35,714 bases of DNA from a virus (lineage: Duplodnaviria > Heunggongvirae > Uroviricota > Caudoviricetes). How positions within the stretch are numbered: the stretch's first letter is position 1; each line of letters opens with the position of its first letter. The stretch lies in IMG/VR virus record IMGVR_UViG_2734482773_000004, one strand, 5' to 3'. Under the pieces are notes generated by a model, which searched no databases, was not told the origin of the DNA, and worked only from the letters and a program-made list of their open reading frames with translations. The translations under genes and the position numbers were made by a program. Below are positions 1-9,200 of the stretch, piece after piece.

Positions 1-318
1 ATGAAAAAGATAGCTGCTATATCATTAATTAGTATTTTTATTATGTCTGGTTGTGCTGTGCATAATGATGAGACAAGTATCGGTAAATTTGGTCTTGCAT
101 ATAAAAGTAATATTCAGCGTAAACTCGATAACCAATACTACACCGAAGCCGAAGCTTCTTTAGCCAGGGGCAGAATATCTGGTGCAGAAAATATAGTAAA
201 AAATGATGCAGCCCATTTCTGTGTTACTCAGGGCAAAAAAATGCAGATAGTTGACCTGAAGACAGAAGGTGCAGGATTACATGGCGTCGCTCGTCTGACA
301 TTCAAATGTGGAGAGTGA
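1..318 (+). CDS. yegR: Small host lipoprotein, 105 aa, YegR-like
   Basis: N-terminal signal peptide with lipobox (IMSGC); AT-rich; lies outside the left att core. The symbol comes from recalled K-12 gene order (yegQ-cyaR-ogrK-yegZ-yegR) and matching length, not from a search. Confidence 0.5.
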   Translation: MKKIAAISLISIFIMSGCAVHNDETSIGKFGLAYKSNIQRKLDNQYYTEAEASLARGRISGAENIVKNDAAHFCVTQGKKMQIVDLKTEGAGLHGVARLTFKCGE

Positions 319-380
319 GAATATTTTTTGGTAAGCGTCAAACATGCGCGTTCTGGTTGTGCTTAGCCGGAACCTGTGCG

Positions 381-413
381 AGCACGATGCCGTTACGTGA
401 AAGGCATCGTGCT
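381..413. other. Hairpin (11-bp stem, 11-nt loop) in host flank, possible terminator or REP-like element
   Basis: agcacgatgcc (381..391) pairs with ggcatcgtgct (403..413); no T-run follows. Confidence 0.25.
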
Positions 414-428
414 ATGAAGGGAGATTCT

Positions 429-460
429 ATCGATGTGGTCAATGGAAGACGGTGACCAGG
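429..460. repeat. Relic of a P2-like phage arm in the host flank
   Basis: About 32 bp (tcgatgtggtcaatg-gaagacggtgaccag) closely resemble the arm between ogr and the right att core (34118..34148), at the same side of the core. Confidence 0.45.
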
Positions 461-475
461 GATAGGGCTTATGCA

Positions 476-503
476 TAAAAAATAAGCCCGTGTAAGGGAG
501 ATT
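476..503. repeat. attL: attL core, 28-bp direct repeat
   Basis: taaaaaataagcccgtgtaagggagatt is identical to 34181..34208; lies next to the integrase gene. Confidence 0.85.
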
Positions 504-582
504 TAGGGTGTCAACAGTAGGGGCTTTCAACGGTACAATGCGGGTTTGAGCGGCATAAATTACCACTGAAAGCCCTTAAACG

Positions 583-1596
583 TTACTCTACTGTGGACAC
601 TGTGTGGACACTCTCGGCCTCAGTACCACCTCTTAGCGGATTAAGAGAAATGGCGTCCTGAAGGTACTCTGGCGCAAAATGAGCGTAAACCATCGTTTGC
701 TCAATCCGCGTGTGACCTAGTATCCGTTGTAGCGTAATAATACTTCCTCCATTAATCATGAAATGAGTGGCAAAGCTGTGCCTTAGTGCATGTGTGGCTT
801 GCCCCATTGGCAAATCCGGTTTTATTGCTTTCATTGTTCGTCTGAAGCGAGGGTAATCAGCATCAGGGAATAAAAAACCTCGTTTGTTATCCGCGATCAT
901 TTTGGCAACAGCCTCTGAGATCGGGACGGTGCGTGGTTTGTTTGTTTTCGTTTTAACAAACGTGACGCGGTTATGGATGATATTTTCTGCTTTCAAACGA
1001 GCTGCTTCTCCCCAACGTGCTCCTGTACTCAGGCAAAGAATCGCAATCTTTTTATTGTCGCCGTCAAGTGCTGCAAGCAGTAAGGCAATTTCTTCCTGTG
1101 TGAGATAGCCTGTTTCTGGTTTTTCCTCCTTAAGCCTCTTTGTCCCTCTGATAGGGTGCTCACCAAAGAATAACTCCGCTTCAATCAGGGCTGTAAACAT
1201 GCCGCTAATACATGTTAAATCACGATTGATACTCGAAGGTTTAATACCCTGACTTCTTCGGGTGGCGCAGTACTGGCTGATAAGGGATTTCGTGATTTGA
1301 AATGCGCATGGGTCATTCGTTATTTTTGTGAAGATTTCAATTTTTCCAAGATTAGATTTCCCATGCTCTTCGTGTTTACCCTTTAAATCCCACCAGATCT
1401 GTGTCAGTTCCGACAGACGTCGTTTGTCTGTTGGTTTTGATAGCCATTCTTTATTGTGGTGGTTGTACAACGTGTATTTCTCGAAAGCGACAGCTTCGCT
1501 TTTCTTATCAAACTTCCTACGGATGCGTTTTCCATTACGTCCAGTAGGGCGGATGTCCACTTCATATCGACCATCATCGAGTTTTTTGATTGCCAT
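583..1596 (-). CDS. int: Tyrosine integrase, 337 aa (P2 Int-like)
   Basis: Tyrosine recombinase motifs (TGARWGE, HALRHSFATHF, LGHTRIEQTMVYAHF); adjacent to att core; same length as P2 Int. Confidence 0.93.
   Translation of the reverse strand: MAIKKLDDGRYEVDIRPTGRNGKRIRRKFDKKSEAVAFEKYTLYNHHNKEWLSKPTDKRRLSELTQIWWDLKGKHEEHGKSNLGKIEIFTKITNDPCAFQITKSLISQYCATRRSQGIKPSSINRDLTCISGMFTALIEAELFFGEHPIRGTKRLKEEKPETGYLTQEEIALLLAALDGDNKKIAILCLSTGARWGEAARLKAENIIHNRVTFVKTKTNKPRTVPISEAVAKMIADNKRGFLFPDADYPRFRRTMKAIKPDLPMGQATHALRHSFATHFMINGGSIITLQRILGHTRIEQTMVYAHFAPEYLQDAISLNPLRGGTEAESVHTVSTVE
592..612. promoter_or_regulatory. Putative Int arm-type binding sites, tandem tgtggacact x2
   Basis: Two 10-bp direct repeats with 11-bp period inside the int 3' end; similar TGTGG(A/T)C repeats at 34123..34143 in the other arm. 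Confidence 0.4.
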
Positions 1597-1711
1597 CAGA
1601 AAACCCTCCGAGTGGTGTGTTTTTTTGCGACTACTAATCGCTTTTTTCGTGGTGGCTGAAATTTAGCCACCAATAGTAGGCACTTGTAATGAATATATTC
1701 ACGATGAATTG

Positions 1712-2011
1712 TTAACCAGTCTTTTGACCGGAGTGGGGCGACGTTGTTTCGTTTTGCCCAAAGTGTGCGAGAGCGGGCGCAATTTGCCCGGACTCAGGAG
1801 CGATCTGATTGGTCATGAACCATAAAGTGTATTTGGTGAATTGTGGGGTCTGCAGGATGTTCATCATGACATCTGTTGGAGGTGTTGAACGACCACTTTC
1901 ATAGTAACTCAGCGTGCCATACGGAACCCCTGTTAAATCAGCAAGTTGTTGTCTGCTCAAATACTCTGATTTTCGCATTAAGACTATCTTCTCGCTTATC
2001 GTGTTTGACAT
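1712..2011 (-). CDS. C: Immunity repressor C, 99 aa
   Basis: HTH segment (LSRQQLADLTGVPYGTLSYYESG); position between int and cox, divergent from cox; same length as P2 C. Confidence 0.9.
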   Translation of the reverse strand: MSNTISEKIVLMRKSEYLSRQQLADLTGVPYGTLSYYESGRSTPPTDVMMNILQTPQFTKYTLWFMTNQIAPESGQIAPALAHFGQNETTSPHSGQKTG

Positions 2012-2125
2012 GGTGTTTAGATCTCAATAGTATTTAGTTTAGATGTAGATTGTTTAGTGCTTGGATGTGGGCACTAAAAGGCATTATAAGGCATTAAACG
2101 CAATTCATGAGGGCTGGAGGACGAC
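2012..2125. promoter_or_regulatory. C/cox lysis-lysogeny switch region with divergent promoters and direct-repeat operators
   Basis: Intergenic between divergent C and cox; repeated TGTTTAG(A/T) motifs at 2014, 2037 and 2051 and a ggcatta repeat at 2080..2098. Confidence 0.5.
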
Positions 2126-2401
2126 ATGAGCAAGCAAGTAACACTCATGACTGATGCGATTCCTTATCAGGAGTTCGCAAAACTAATAGGAAAATCGACA
2201 GGAGCGGTTCGTCGGATGATCGATAAAGGAAAGCTGCCTGTAATTGATATGACCGATCCACAATCAGCTTCAGGTCGTGCAGGTGAATATTGGGTATACC
2301 TTCCGGCATGGAATAACGGACTAAAACTGGCTTATGAAAGCCGCCCTAAAGAGATTCGTGACGGCTGGTTGATGTGGTTAGGTCTCGGTGAACCACGTTA
2401 A
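2126..2401 (+). CDS. cox: Cox excisionase/early regulator, 91 aa
   Basis: Position divergent from C and length equal to P2 Cox. Confidence 0.88.
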   Translation: MSKQVTLMTDAIPYQEFAKLIGKSTGAVRRMIDKGKLPVIDMTDPQSASGRAGEYWVYLPAWNNGLKLAYESRPKEIRDGWLMWLGLGEPR

Positions 2402-2582
2402 GGAGAACCGTATGAATGAGCCTCGTTGTATTGCTCAGTTACTGCGTAACGAAAGCCCCAGGGCGATTGACTTCACCATCACCCACGGTAAGGGGCGCAA
2501 GGGAATCATTATCCGTACCAAAAAACAGAGTCTGTTAAAAAAGGCTCTGACCTTTCTGAAAAGCCGGAGGGTCTGGAAATGA
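2388..2582 (+). CDS. Small early protein (P2 orf78 position); true start may be the internal ATG near 2412
   Basis: ORF in early operon between cox and B; basic small protein. Confidence 0.55.
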   Translation: MNHVKENRMNEPRCIAQLLRNESPRAIDFTITHGKGRKGIIIRTKKQSLLKKALTFLKSRRVWK

Positions 2583-3079
2583 CAGTGATGACGCTTAATC
2601 TCGTCGAAAAACAGCCAGCAGCTATGCGCCGGATAATTGGTAAGCATCTTGCCGTCCCTCGCTGGCAGGAGACATGCGATTATTATAATCAGATGATGGA
2701 ACGCGAACGGCTAACGGTTTGCTTCCATGCGCAGTTAAAACAGCGTCACGCAACGATGCGTTTTGAAGAAATGAATGATGTCGAACGTGAACGACTGGTA
2801 TGTGCAATTGATGAATTGCGTGGGGCATTCTCAAAACGCCGTCAGGTTGGCGCAAGTGAGTATGCATATATTAGTTTTTTAACAGTCAGTCAGCGTCGCA
2901 CTTTATTTATGCACGCACGACTGACAGAAAAAGAATTTAACCAGCCATACTGGCGAATTAATGAAGAATCATGTTACTGGCGTGATGCTTTATTCCGTGC
3001 ATTACGTGAATTATTCAGTCTGTTTGAGTATGCACCGACAATTCTGACGTCGGTAAAACCAGAGCAATATCTGCATTAA
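2579..3079 (+). CDS. B: Replication protein B, 166 aa
   Basis: Position after cox and length equal to P2 B; start overlaps the preceding ORF stop. Confidence 0.85.
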   Translation: MTVMTLNLVEKQPAAMRRIIGKHLAVPRWQETCDYYNQMMERERLTVCFHAQLKQRHATMRFEEMNDVERERLVCAIDELRGAFSKRRQVGASEYAYISFLTVSQRRTLFMHARLTEKEFNQPYWRINEESCYWRDALFRALRELFSLFEYAPTILTSVKPEQYLH

Positions 3080-3109
3080 GTAATTAACCAGAGTTTTTAA
3101 CGCACTTAA

Positions 3110-3367
3110 TTGTGCGGGGCTTCTTTTTGCCTGGAGAAAGTCATGCATACAGTTTCTGAAAATCAGTGCGGTAAATACGCATTACTGCTGCAACAGGCCA
3201 GAACCGAAGCACAGGCCGACGCAGCGACGCGCTTTTCTTCTCATCTTGACGCCATGATTCGCCACATCACAAAGGCGGAGTTATCCCGCGTGGAGATAGT
3301 CGAGCTGCTCAGTCAGGAGTCGGAAAAATTTCACAATATCGGATTGTCTCGCGGGGAGGTGCTTTGA
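3110..3367 (+). CDS. Small early protein (P2 orf80 position); start may be the internal ATG at 3143
   Basis: ORF in early operon, same strand and tightly packed. Confidence 0.55.
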   Translation: MCGASFCLEKVMHTVSENQCGKYALLLQQARTEAQADAATRFSSHLDAMIRHITKAELSRVEIVELLSQESEKFHNIGLSRGEVL

Positions 3368-3666
3368 TGTCCTGTTCTCATTCAGTTGTATTACTGAATA
3401 ACGCCTTAAAAATCGCCGTTATGAAAAATGGCGATTTGTCTCTTATTCAACTTTGCCTTGATAAAGAAAAACGCGACATAACTGAATCTGTTATCGCGAT
3501 TTATCAGAATGAATTAAACCTCCTGTCTGATGTGGTCAATTTACTTGTTAAACGCGCTGTATTCCACAAGCAAATTTCCTCAGTGGATGAACTGACAAAA
3601 TTAACGACAGAACTTGCCAGTTATTGCGCTGATGTATCCAGGCAACTTAACGATAAAAGGAGCTGA
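3364..3666 (+). CDS. Small early protein (P2 orf81 position), 100 aa
   Basis: ORF overlapping the upstream stop (ATGA-type coupling) in the early operon. Confidence 0.6.
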   Translation: MMSCSHSVVLLNNALKIAVMKNGDLSLIQLCLDKEKRDITESVIAIYQNELNLLSDVVNLLVKRAVFHKQISSVDELTKLTTELASYCADVSRQLNDKRS

Positions 3667-3668
3667 TA

Positions 3669-3893
3669 ATGCCGGACAACGTAGATTTTATTCAGGAACA
3701 ACAGGCTGAATTACTGGAGCGCCAGATTAACGCGGCAAGGGTAAAACATTGCGGTGCTTCTGCGCTGGTTTGCGAAGAGTGTGACGCGCCAATACCTGCT
3801 GCCCGTCGTGCGGCTTACCCGTCAGCCACGCGTTGTGTTTCCTGCCAGTCAGTCTTTGAAGCAAAAAACAAACATTACCGGAGAACGGCATGA
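3669..3893 (+). CDS. TraR/DksA-family C4 zinc-finger protein (P2 orf82 position), 74 aa
   Basis: Two CxxC pairs (CEECDAP ... CVSCQ) with the spacing typical of DksA/TraR zinc fingers. Confidence 0.7.
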   Translation: MPDNVDFIQEQQAELLERQINAARVKHCGASALVCEECDAPIPAARRAAYPSATRCVSCQSVFEAKNKHYRRTA

Positions 3894-4165
3894 GTATTCG
3901 TATTGAAATTGGCGAACGTTATGTCGTTACCAGTGACAGCTTTCAGTTTATTCTCCACGAGAAAAAGAGAGCGGAAAGCGGTAAAAACGCCGGTCAGGAA
4001 TGGTTGGCGGTGGTTGGTTATTATCCGAAATTAAGCCAGCTCGTTTCCGGCCTGATGCATCACGATATTCTGACCGGAAGCGCAAAGTCTTTTGCTGATT
4101 TAAACGCGCAGGTTGAGCAACTCAGCAGGCGTTGTTCAGAGGCTTTTGGCTCATATGGCCGTTAA
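3890..4165 (+). CDS. Small early protein (P2 orf83 position), 91 aa
   Basis: ORF in early operon immediately upstream of A. Confidence 0.6.
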   Translation: MSIRIEIGERYVVTSDSFQFILHEKKRAESGKNAGQEWLAVVGYYPKLSQLVSGLMHHDILTGSAKSFADLNAQVEQLSRRCSEAFGSYGR

Positions 4166-6419
4166 AGCCTCCGGGCGTTTTGTCCCTCCGTCAGCATTTT
4201 CCGCAGGCACCGGTAAGACGTTTGCCGGTGCTTATGCATGGAACGCGCCACGCGAGGCTGTCGGGCGCGAAAGACCCCTTACACGTGACGAGATGCGTCA
4301 GGTGCAAGGTGTTTTATCCACGATTAACCGCCTGCCTTACTTTTTGCGCTCGCTGTTTACTTCACGCTATGACTACATCCGGCGCAATAAAAGCCCGGTG
4401 CACGGGTTTTATTTCCTCACATCCACTTTTCAGCGTCGTTTATGGCCGCGCATTGAGCGTGTGAATCAGCGCCATGAAATGAACACCGAAGCGTCGATGT
4501 TGTTTCTGGCTGAGCGTGACCACTATGCGCGTCTGCCGGGGATGAATGACAAGGAGCTGAAAAAGTTTGCCGCCCGTATCTCATCGCAGCTTTTCATGAT
4601 GTATGAGGAACTCTGCGATGCCTGGGTGGATGCGCATGGCGAAAAAGAATCGCTGTTTACGGATGAGGCGCAGGCGCATCTGTATGGTCATGTTGCTGGC
4701 GCTGCACGTGCTTTCAATATTTCCCCGCTTTACTGGAAAAAATACCGTAAAGGACAGATGACCACGAGGCAGGCATATTCTGCCATTGCCCGTCTGTTTA
4801 ACGATGAGTGGTGGACTCATCAGCTTAAAGGCCAGCGCATGCGCTGGCATGAGGCGTTACTGATTGCTGTCGGGGAGGTCAATAAAGACCGTTCTCCTTA
4901 TGCCAGTAAACATGCCATTCGTGATGTGCGTGCGCGCCGCCAGGCAAATCTGGAGTTTCTTAAATCATGTGACCTTGAAAACAGGGAAACCGGCGAGCGC
5001 ATCGACCTTATCAGTAAGGTGATGGGCAGTATTTCTAATCCTGAAATTCGCCGGATGGAGCTGATGAACACCATTGCCGGTATTGAGCGTTACGCCGCCG
5101 CAGAGGGTGATGTGGGGATGTTTATCACGCTGACCGCGCCGTCAAAGTATCACCCGACACGTCAGGTCGGAAAAGGAGAAAGTAAAACCGTCCAGCTTAA
5201 TCACGGCTGGAACGATGAGGCATTTAATCCGAAGGATGCGCAGCGTTATCTCTGCCGTATCTGGAGCCTGATGCGCACGGCATTCAAGGATAATGATTTA
5301 CAGGTCTACGGTTTGCGTGTCGTCGAGCCACACCACGACGGAACGCCGCACTGGCATATGATGCTTTTTTGTAATCCACGCCAGCGTAACCAGATTATCG
5401 AAATCATGCGTCGCTATGCGCTCAAAGAGGATGGTAACGAAAGAGGAGCCGCGCGAAACCGTTTTCAGGCAAAACACCTTAACCGGGGCGGTGCTGCGGG
5501 ATATATCGCAAAATACATCTCAAAAAATATCGACGGCTATGCACTGGATGGTCAGCTCGATAACGATACCGGCAGGCCGCTGAAAGACACTGCAGCGGCT
5601 GTTACCGCATGGGCGTCAACGTGGCGTATCCCGCAATTTAAAACGGTTGGCCTGCCGACAATGGGCGCTTACCGTGAACTACGCAAATTGCCTCGCGGCG
5701 TCAGTATTGCTGATGAGTTTGACGAACGCGTCGAGGCTGCTCGCGCTGCCGCAGACAGTGGTGATTTTGCGTTGTATATCAGCGCGCAGGGTGGGGCAAA
5801 TGTCCCGCGCGATTGTCAGACTGTCAGGGTTGCCCGTAGCCCGTCGGATGACGTTAACGAGTACGAGGAAGAAGTCGAGAGAGTGGTCGGCATTTACGCG
5901 CCGCATCTCGGCGCGCGTCATATTCATATCACCAGAACGACGGACTGGCGCATTGTTCCGAAAGTTCCGGTCGTTGAGCCTTTGACTTTAAAAAGCGGCA
6001 TCGCCGCGCCTCGGAGTCCTGTCAATAACTGTGGAAAGCTCACCGGTGGTGATACTTCGTTACCGGCTCCCACACCTTCTGAGCACGCCGCAGCAGTGCT
6101 TAATCTGGTTGATGACGGTGTTATTGAATGGAATGAACCGGAGGTCGTGAGGGCGCTCAGAGGCGCATTAAAATACGACCTGAGAACGCCAAACCGTCAG
6201 CAAAGAAACGGAAGCCCGTTAAAACCGCATGAAATTGCACCATCTGCCAGACTGACCAGGTCTGAACGATTGCAAATCACCCGTATCCGCGTTGACCTTG
6301 CTCAGAACGGTATCAGGCCGCAGCGATGGGAGCTTGAGGCGCTGGCGCGTGGAGCGACCGTAAATTATGACGGGAAAAAATTCACGTATCCGGTCGCTGA
6401 TGGTTGGGGGGATTCATAG
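4155..6419 (+). CDS. A: Rolling-circle replication initiator A (HUH endonuclease), 754 aa from ATG 4155
   Basis: HUH-like motif PHWHMMLF and Tyr-containing YIAKYISK; N-terminus MAVKASGRF matches recalled P2 A; the ORF track extends to 4113 but 4155 is the likely start. Confidence 0.9.
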   Translation: MAVKASGRFVPPSAFSAGTGKTFAGAYAWNAPREAVGRERPLTRDEMRQVQGVLSTINRLPYFLRSLFTSRYDYIRRNKSPVHGFYFLTSTFQRRLWPRIERVNQRHEMNTEASMLFLAERDHYARLPGMNDKELKKFAARISSQLFMMYEELCDAWVDAHGEKESLFTDEAQAHLYGHVAGAARAFNISPLYWKKYRKGQMTTRQAYSAIARLFNDEWWTHQLKGQRMRWHEALLIAVGEVNKDRSPYASKHAIRDVRARRQANLEFLKSCDLENRETGERIDLISKVMGSISNPEIRRMELMNTIAGIERYAAAEGDVGMFITLTAPSKYHPTRQVGKGESKTVQLNHGWNDEAFNPKDAQRYLCRIWSLMRTAFKDNDLQVYGLRVVEPHHDGTPHWHMMLFCNPRQRNQIIEIMRRYALKEDGNERGAARNRFQAKHLNRGGAAGYIAKYISKNIDGYALDGQLDNDTGRPLKDTAAAVTAWASTWRIPQFKTVGLPTMGAYRELRKLPRGVSIADEFDERVEAARAAADSGDFALYISAQGGANVPRDCQTVRVARSPSDDVNEYEEEVERVVGIYAPHLGARHIHITRTTDWRIVPKVPVVEPLTLKSGIAAPRSPVNNCGKLTGGDTSLPAPTPSEHAAAVLNLVDDGVIEWNEPEVVRALRGALKYDLRTPNRQQRNGSPLKPHEIAPSARLTRSERLQITRIRVDLAQNGIRPQRWELEALARGATVNYDGKKFTYPVADGWGDS

Positions 6420-6620
6420 GGCGCTTTGATTTTTTCTGTGTTTGACATAGAATAGCCCCGTTACCGCTTGGGACATCTACTTTGCATTACTCTTGGTATT
6501 AGCTTTGTACAAAGGGTATAAAGGCTGCTATTGGCAACAATAGTGCTGGCATGGAGATTGCCTCATGTTAAAGCTAGTGAATGTACGCCAGTACAACCGC
6601 TACCGCTTTGGGCGTTGGGA

Positions 6621-6640
6621 GACGGTGCGTAAGCACCGTC
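6621..6640. terminator. Hairpin (8-bp stem, GTAA loop) between convergent A and cargo gene; possible bidirectional terminator
   Basis: gacggtgc-gtaa-gcaccgtc followed by gttctt on the + strand. Confidence 0.35.
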
Positions 6641-6668
6641 GTTCTTACCCAAAACGATAATATGCGGC

Positions 6669-8885
6669 CTAAGCGGTAACGTTCTCCTCTTCTAGTTCGT
6701 CCATCATTTTTAAATAATGCATTTCGTCACCAGTAGCTGAAAATATTGTTCTCAATTGTTTTAGGTATTTATCTGGGTCTATGTCGCCCATATCAGTAAT
6801 ATTTACCGCATCAGAGTGAGAACCTCTGTTAATGTATCTGTAGAATGCTTTGAAATCACTGTTGCTATCGTCGCGTGCCAACTTTGTTAATTCATCTTGT
6901 AGAGCATCTGTTCTATGAACAAATGCAAAATAATATTCTAGTATGTTTCTCATAATATTAGGTATTATGATTTTGTTTGCTTTGCCATCTTTTGCATCTT
7001 TTAATATTTGCCACAAAGATTGATATTCATTCTGTATGCTGTTTTTTTGTATTTCAGTAATTATACTAAAATCATTTTTCGTTACTCTACCTAGATAATA
7101 GTTTTTCTTAAATAGTTTGTCTTCTCTGCTTTTAGGAGATAGCTTAATAAGTTCATGAAAGAAATAAAGATTGTGAGTAAGGATTAATACCTTCTTTGTT
7201 AATTCATTTTTTATAATGTGGTGATGAATAATTGATGCGATGTCGTAGACATAGTTTTGCGATAGACTAGATATTGGATCGTCAATAACAATAAAAATAT
7301 CCCTGCTATCGGTATCATTTTTATCGGTTTTACCTTTACAGCACTCTAAAAAATAAAGAAACGTTATTAGTGTTTTTTCACCTTCGCTAAGAGATCTATA
7401 AACATTTTGGTTTTTTGTATGCCCTGGTCGAGATATAATGTACATATCTTTTCTTTCTGCATGTTTTTCAATACAAAAACCAGAGATCCCTAGATTTTTT
7501 AAATGGGTGTTTATTGAGTCTATCGTAGAATCAATGTTAGATATTTTATCTCGCAATGCTTTTATTGTGAGATTATTTTCTTTTCCTTGTTGCTCAATAT
7601 TATTTAATTCATCATGAACTTTCTTTTTGATATCAAAGAATTTTTCTTTGTGTTTGGATAAATTCTCTAAATCATCGCTGCAAAAAGCATGGAGAGCCCC
7701 CCAAACTTGTTTTCCGATTTTATTCTCATACTCTTTGAGTTTTTTAACCTTATCATTTATGTCTCTTATTTTTTTGTTAACAGCGTCTATGCTTTCCTGA
7801 ACATGATTTTCTAGTTCTTTATCAATTTCTAATGTAACGCATGTTGATGGATTGTTGATCTTATCAATAATGTTTATTAAATTTTTTTCTGCAATGTTTT
7901 GCAATATTTTAATATTGGAAATAATGATCTCTTTATCTTTCTCATTGATTAGTGCACATGATGATATATTGTTTTGTATTTCGTTAAAATGATATATGGT
8001 ATTTTTCTCATAAACTGACTTTATATCTGAGAGCTGTTTTACTTTCTTTGAATAACTTTCGTCAAATATTGATTTAAGGGCATTTAAAAATTCGTGACTA
8101 ATAGTTTTTTCCTGACAAAACGGACATGTAGAACCGTCTAAATAATGTTCTTTACCTTTTTTTACCCAGTCAAGATTATGAAGTTTATTAATGGTTTCTG
8201 ATAAATAGCTATTGCTTGTATCTATTATAGGGGTTGCTAATGTATTTACATCATCAATTGATGGGGTATATGGGTGTAAAGGAGTTATTAATGCGGTTTC
8301 ATTGTTTCTATTTTCTAATAGTATAGAGTATTCTTTTGCTATATCATTTAAATTAATAAAGGTGATTGGTGAGGATGATTTTATCATCTCAAAAAAAGGT
8401 CTTTTATAGCCAACTTTACCTTTCATTAAGGTTTTTAGTACAGAGTTTCTGATTGGTTCTGTTTTTTTCCAGATCGATTCGATGTATTCATTTTCTTTTT
8501 TTTCCATTTCTGCTTCTAATTTCAATAACACTCCTTTTTTTTGTCTATATTGCTCTGTAAGTTGCTGTTTAATTGCTTCTTTTTTAATTAATTGTTTTTC
8601 AATATCTGCATTTTCTTTACTTAATGTAAAAACACCTTTTTGTTCCTGTGCATTGTAGAAATTATCTTCAATAAATTTAGTGTTGTAAACAAGAGGTTTG
8701 TAATTGTCAAGAAGGGTACATTCACACTCGTTATAATCTGTGTGTGTAGAGTCGTAGAAATAATTTGAAATGGTAGATTTGCCACAACCATTTTGGCCGT
8801 ATAGTATGTTTACTCTTTTTTCAAGATTCAGTATTGTGAAGGCGTCTTTCTTATAACTGGTAACATTTTTTAATCTAAGTTCCAT
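6669..8885 (-). CDS. Cargo: Rad50/RloC-like ABC ATPase with CxxC zinc-hook-like motif and putative C-terminal nuclease domain, 738 aa
   Basis: Walker A GQNGCGKST, long coiled-coil insert with CPFC, signature LSEGEKT, Walker B IFIVIDDP, H-loop LTHN; C-terminal R-x3-E...H pattern; AT-rich; in the A-cos variable locus. Confidence 0.7.
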   Translation of the reverse strand: MELRLKNVTSYKKDAFTILNLEKRVNILYGQNGCGKSTISNYFYDSTHTDYNECECTLLDNYKPLVYNTKFIEDNFYNAQEQKGVFTLSKENADIEKQLIKKEAIKQQLTEQYRQKKGVLLKLEAEMEKKENEYIESIWKKTEPIRNSVLKTLMKGKVGYKRPFFEMIKSSSPITFINLNDIAKEYSILLENRNNETALITPLHPYTPSIDDVNTLATPIIDTSNSYLSETINKLHNLDWVKKGKEHYLDGSTCPFCQEKTISHEFLNALKSIFDESYSKKVKQLSDIKSVYEKNTIYHFNEIQNNISSCALINEKDKEIIISNIKILQNIAEKNLINIIDKINNPSTCVTLEIDKELENHVQESIDAVNKKIRDINDKVKKLKEYENKIGKQVWGALHAFCSDDLENLSKHKEKFFDIKKKVHDELNNIEQQGKENNLTIKALRDKISNIDSTIDSINTHLKNLGISGFCIEKHAERKDMYIISRPGHTKNQNVYRSLSEGEKTLITFLYFLECCKGKTDKNDTDSRDIFIVIDDPISSLSQNYVYDIASIIHHHIIKNELTKKVLILTHNLYFFHELIKLSPKSREDKLFKKNYYLGRVTKNDFSIITEIQKNSIQNEYQSLWQILKDAKDGKANKIIIPNIMRNILEYYFAFVHRTDALQDELTKLARDDSNSDFKAFYRYINRGSHSDAVNITDMGDIDPDKYLKQLRTIFSATGDEMHYLKMMDELEEENVTA

Positions 8886-9200
8886 TTTTATGCCTCATAC
8901 GATAAAGCTTTTATTGTATGTAAAAAAGCAGCTTAATATAGCCACTTAGTGGTAAAGATCTACCTTAAGACTTTGATATGTGCAAGAGGCATATAACGTA
9001 AGTGTTCGTTGAGCCAAATGTGTTTACGCTATGACGAGTTGGTCGTTTTTTGACAATCCTGTAGGAGCTATAGATAGGCGTATATTAAGTGCGTGTTTTT
9101 GCATGTGTCAGATACTATTCTTTTTGTCAGTTTCGGTCAGTGCTGATGTGATTTCAGTTTCATCATGCAACTGCATTAAAACCGCCCCATGAAGCGGGCG

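Noticed and set aside
476-503. Expectation that the att site would lie in a tRNA gene
   Set aside because: No tRNA-like cloverleaf is evident at either junction; the core instead overlaps the terminator of the CyaR sRNA.
1328-1666. ORFs antisense to int (1328..1666, 1456..1659, 884..1108)
   Set aside because: Antisense shadows of the integrase gene with no supporting signals.
4132-4464. 110-aa ORF overlapping the start of A in another frame
   Set aside because: It lies entirely within the A coding region; the A frame continues for 754 codons with recognisable motifs.
6565-6660. 31-aa basic peptide ORF downstream of A
   Set aside because: Too short and overlaps the terminator hairpin at 6621..6640; probably fortuitous.
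6669-8885. Considered calling the 738-aa ATPase a homologue of P2 Old
   Set aside because: Old combines an ABC ATPase with a C-terminal Toprim nuclease; I see no Toprim-like E...DxD signature, and there is a coiled-coil/CxxC insert instead, so an RloC/Rad50-like assignment fits better.
9031-9192. 53-aa hydrophobic ORF on the + strand between the cargo ATPase gene and cos
   Set aside because: Short, with no convincing ribosome-binding site, and it sits in the likely promoter region of the minus-strand cargo gene; cannot be supported without conservation or expression data.
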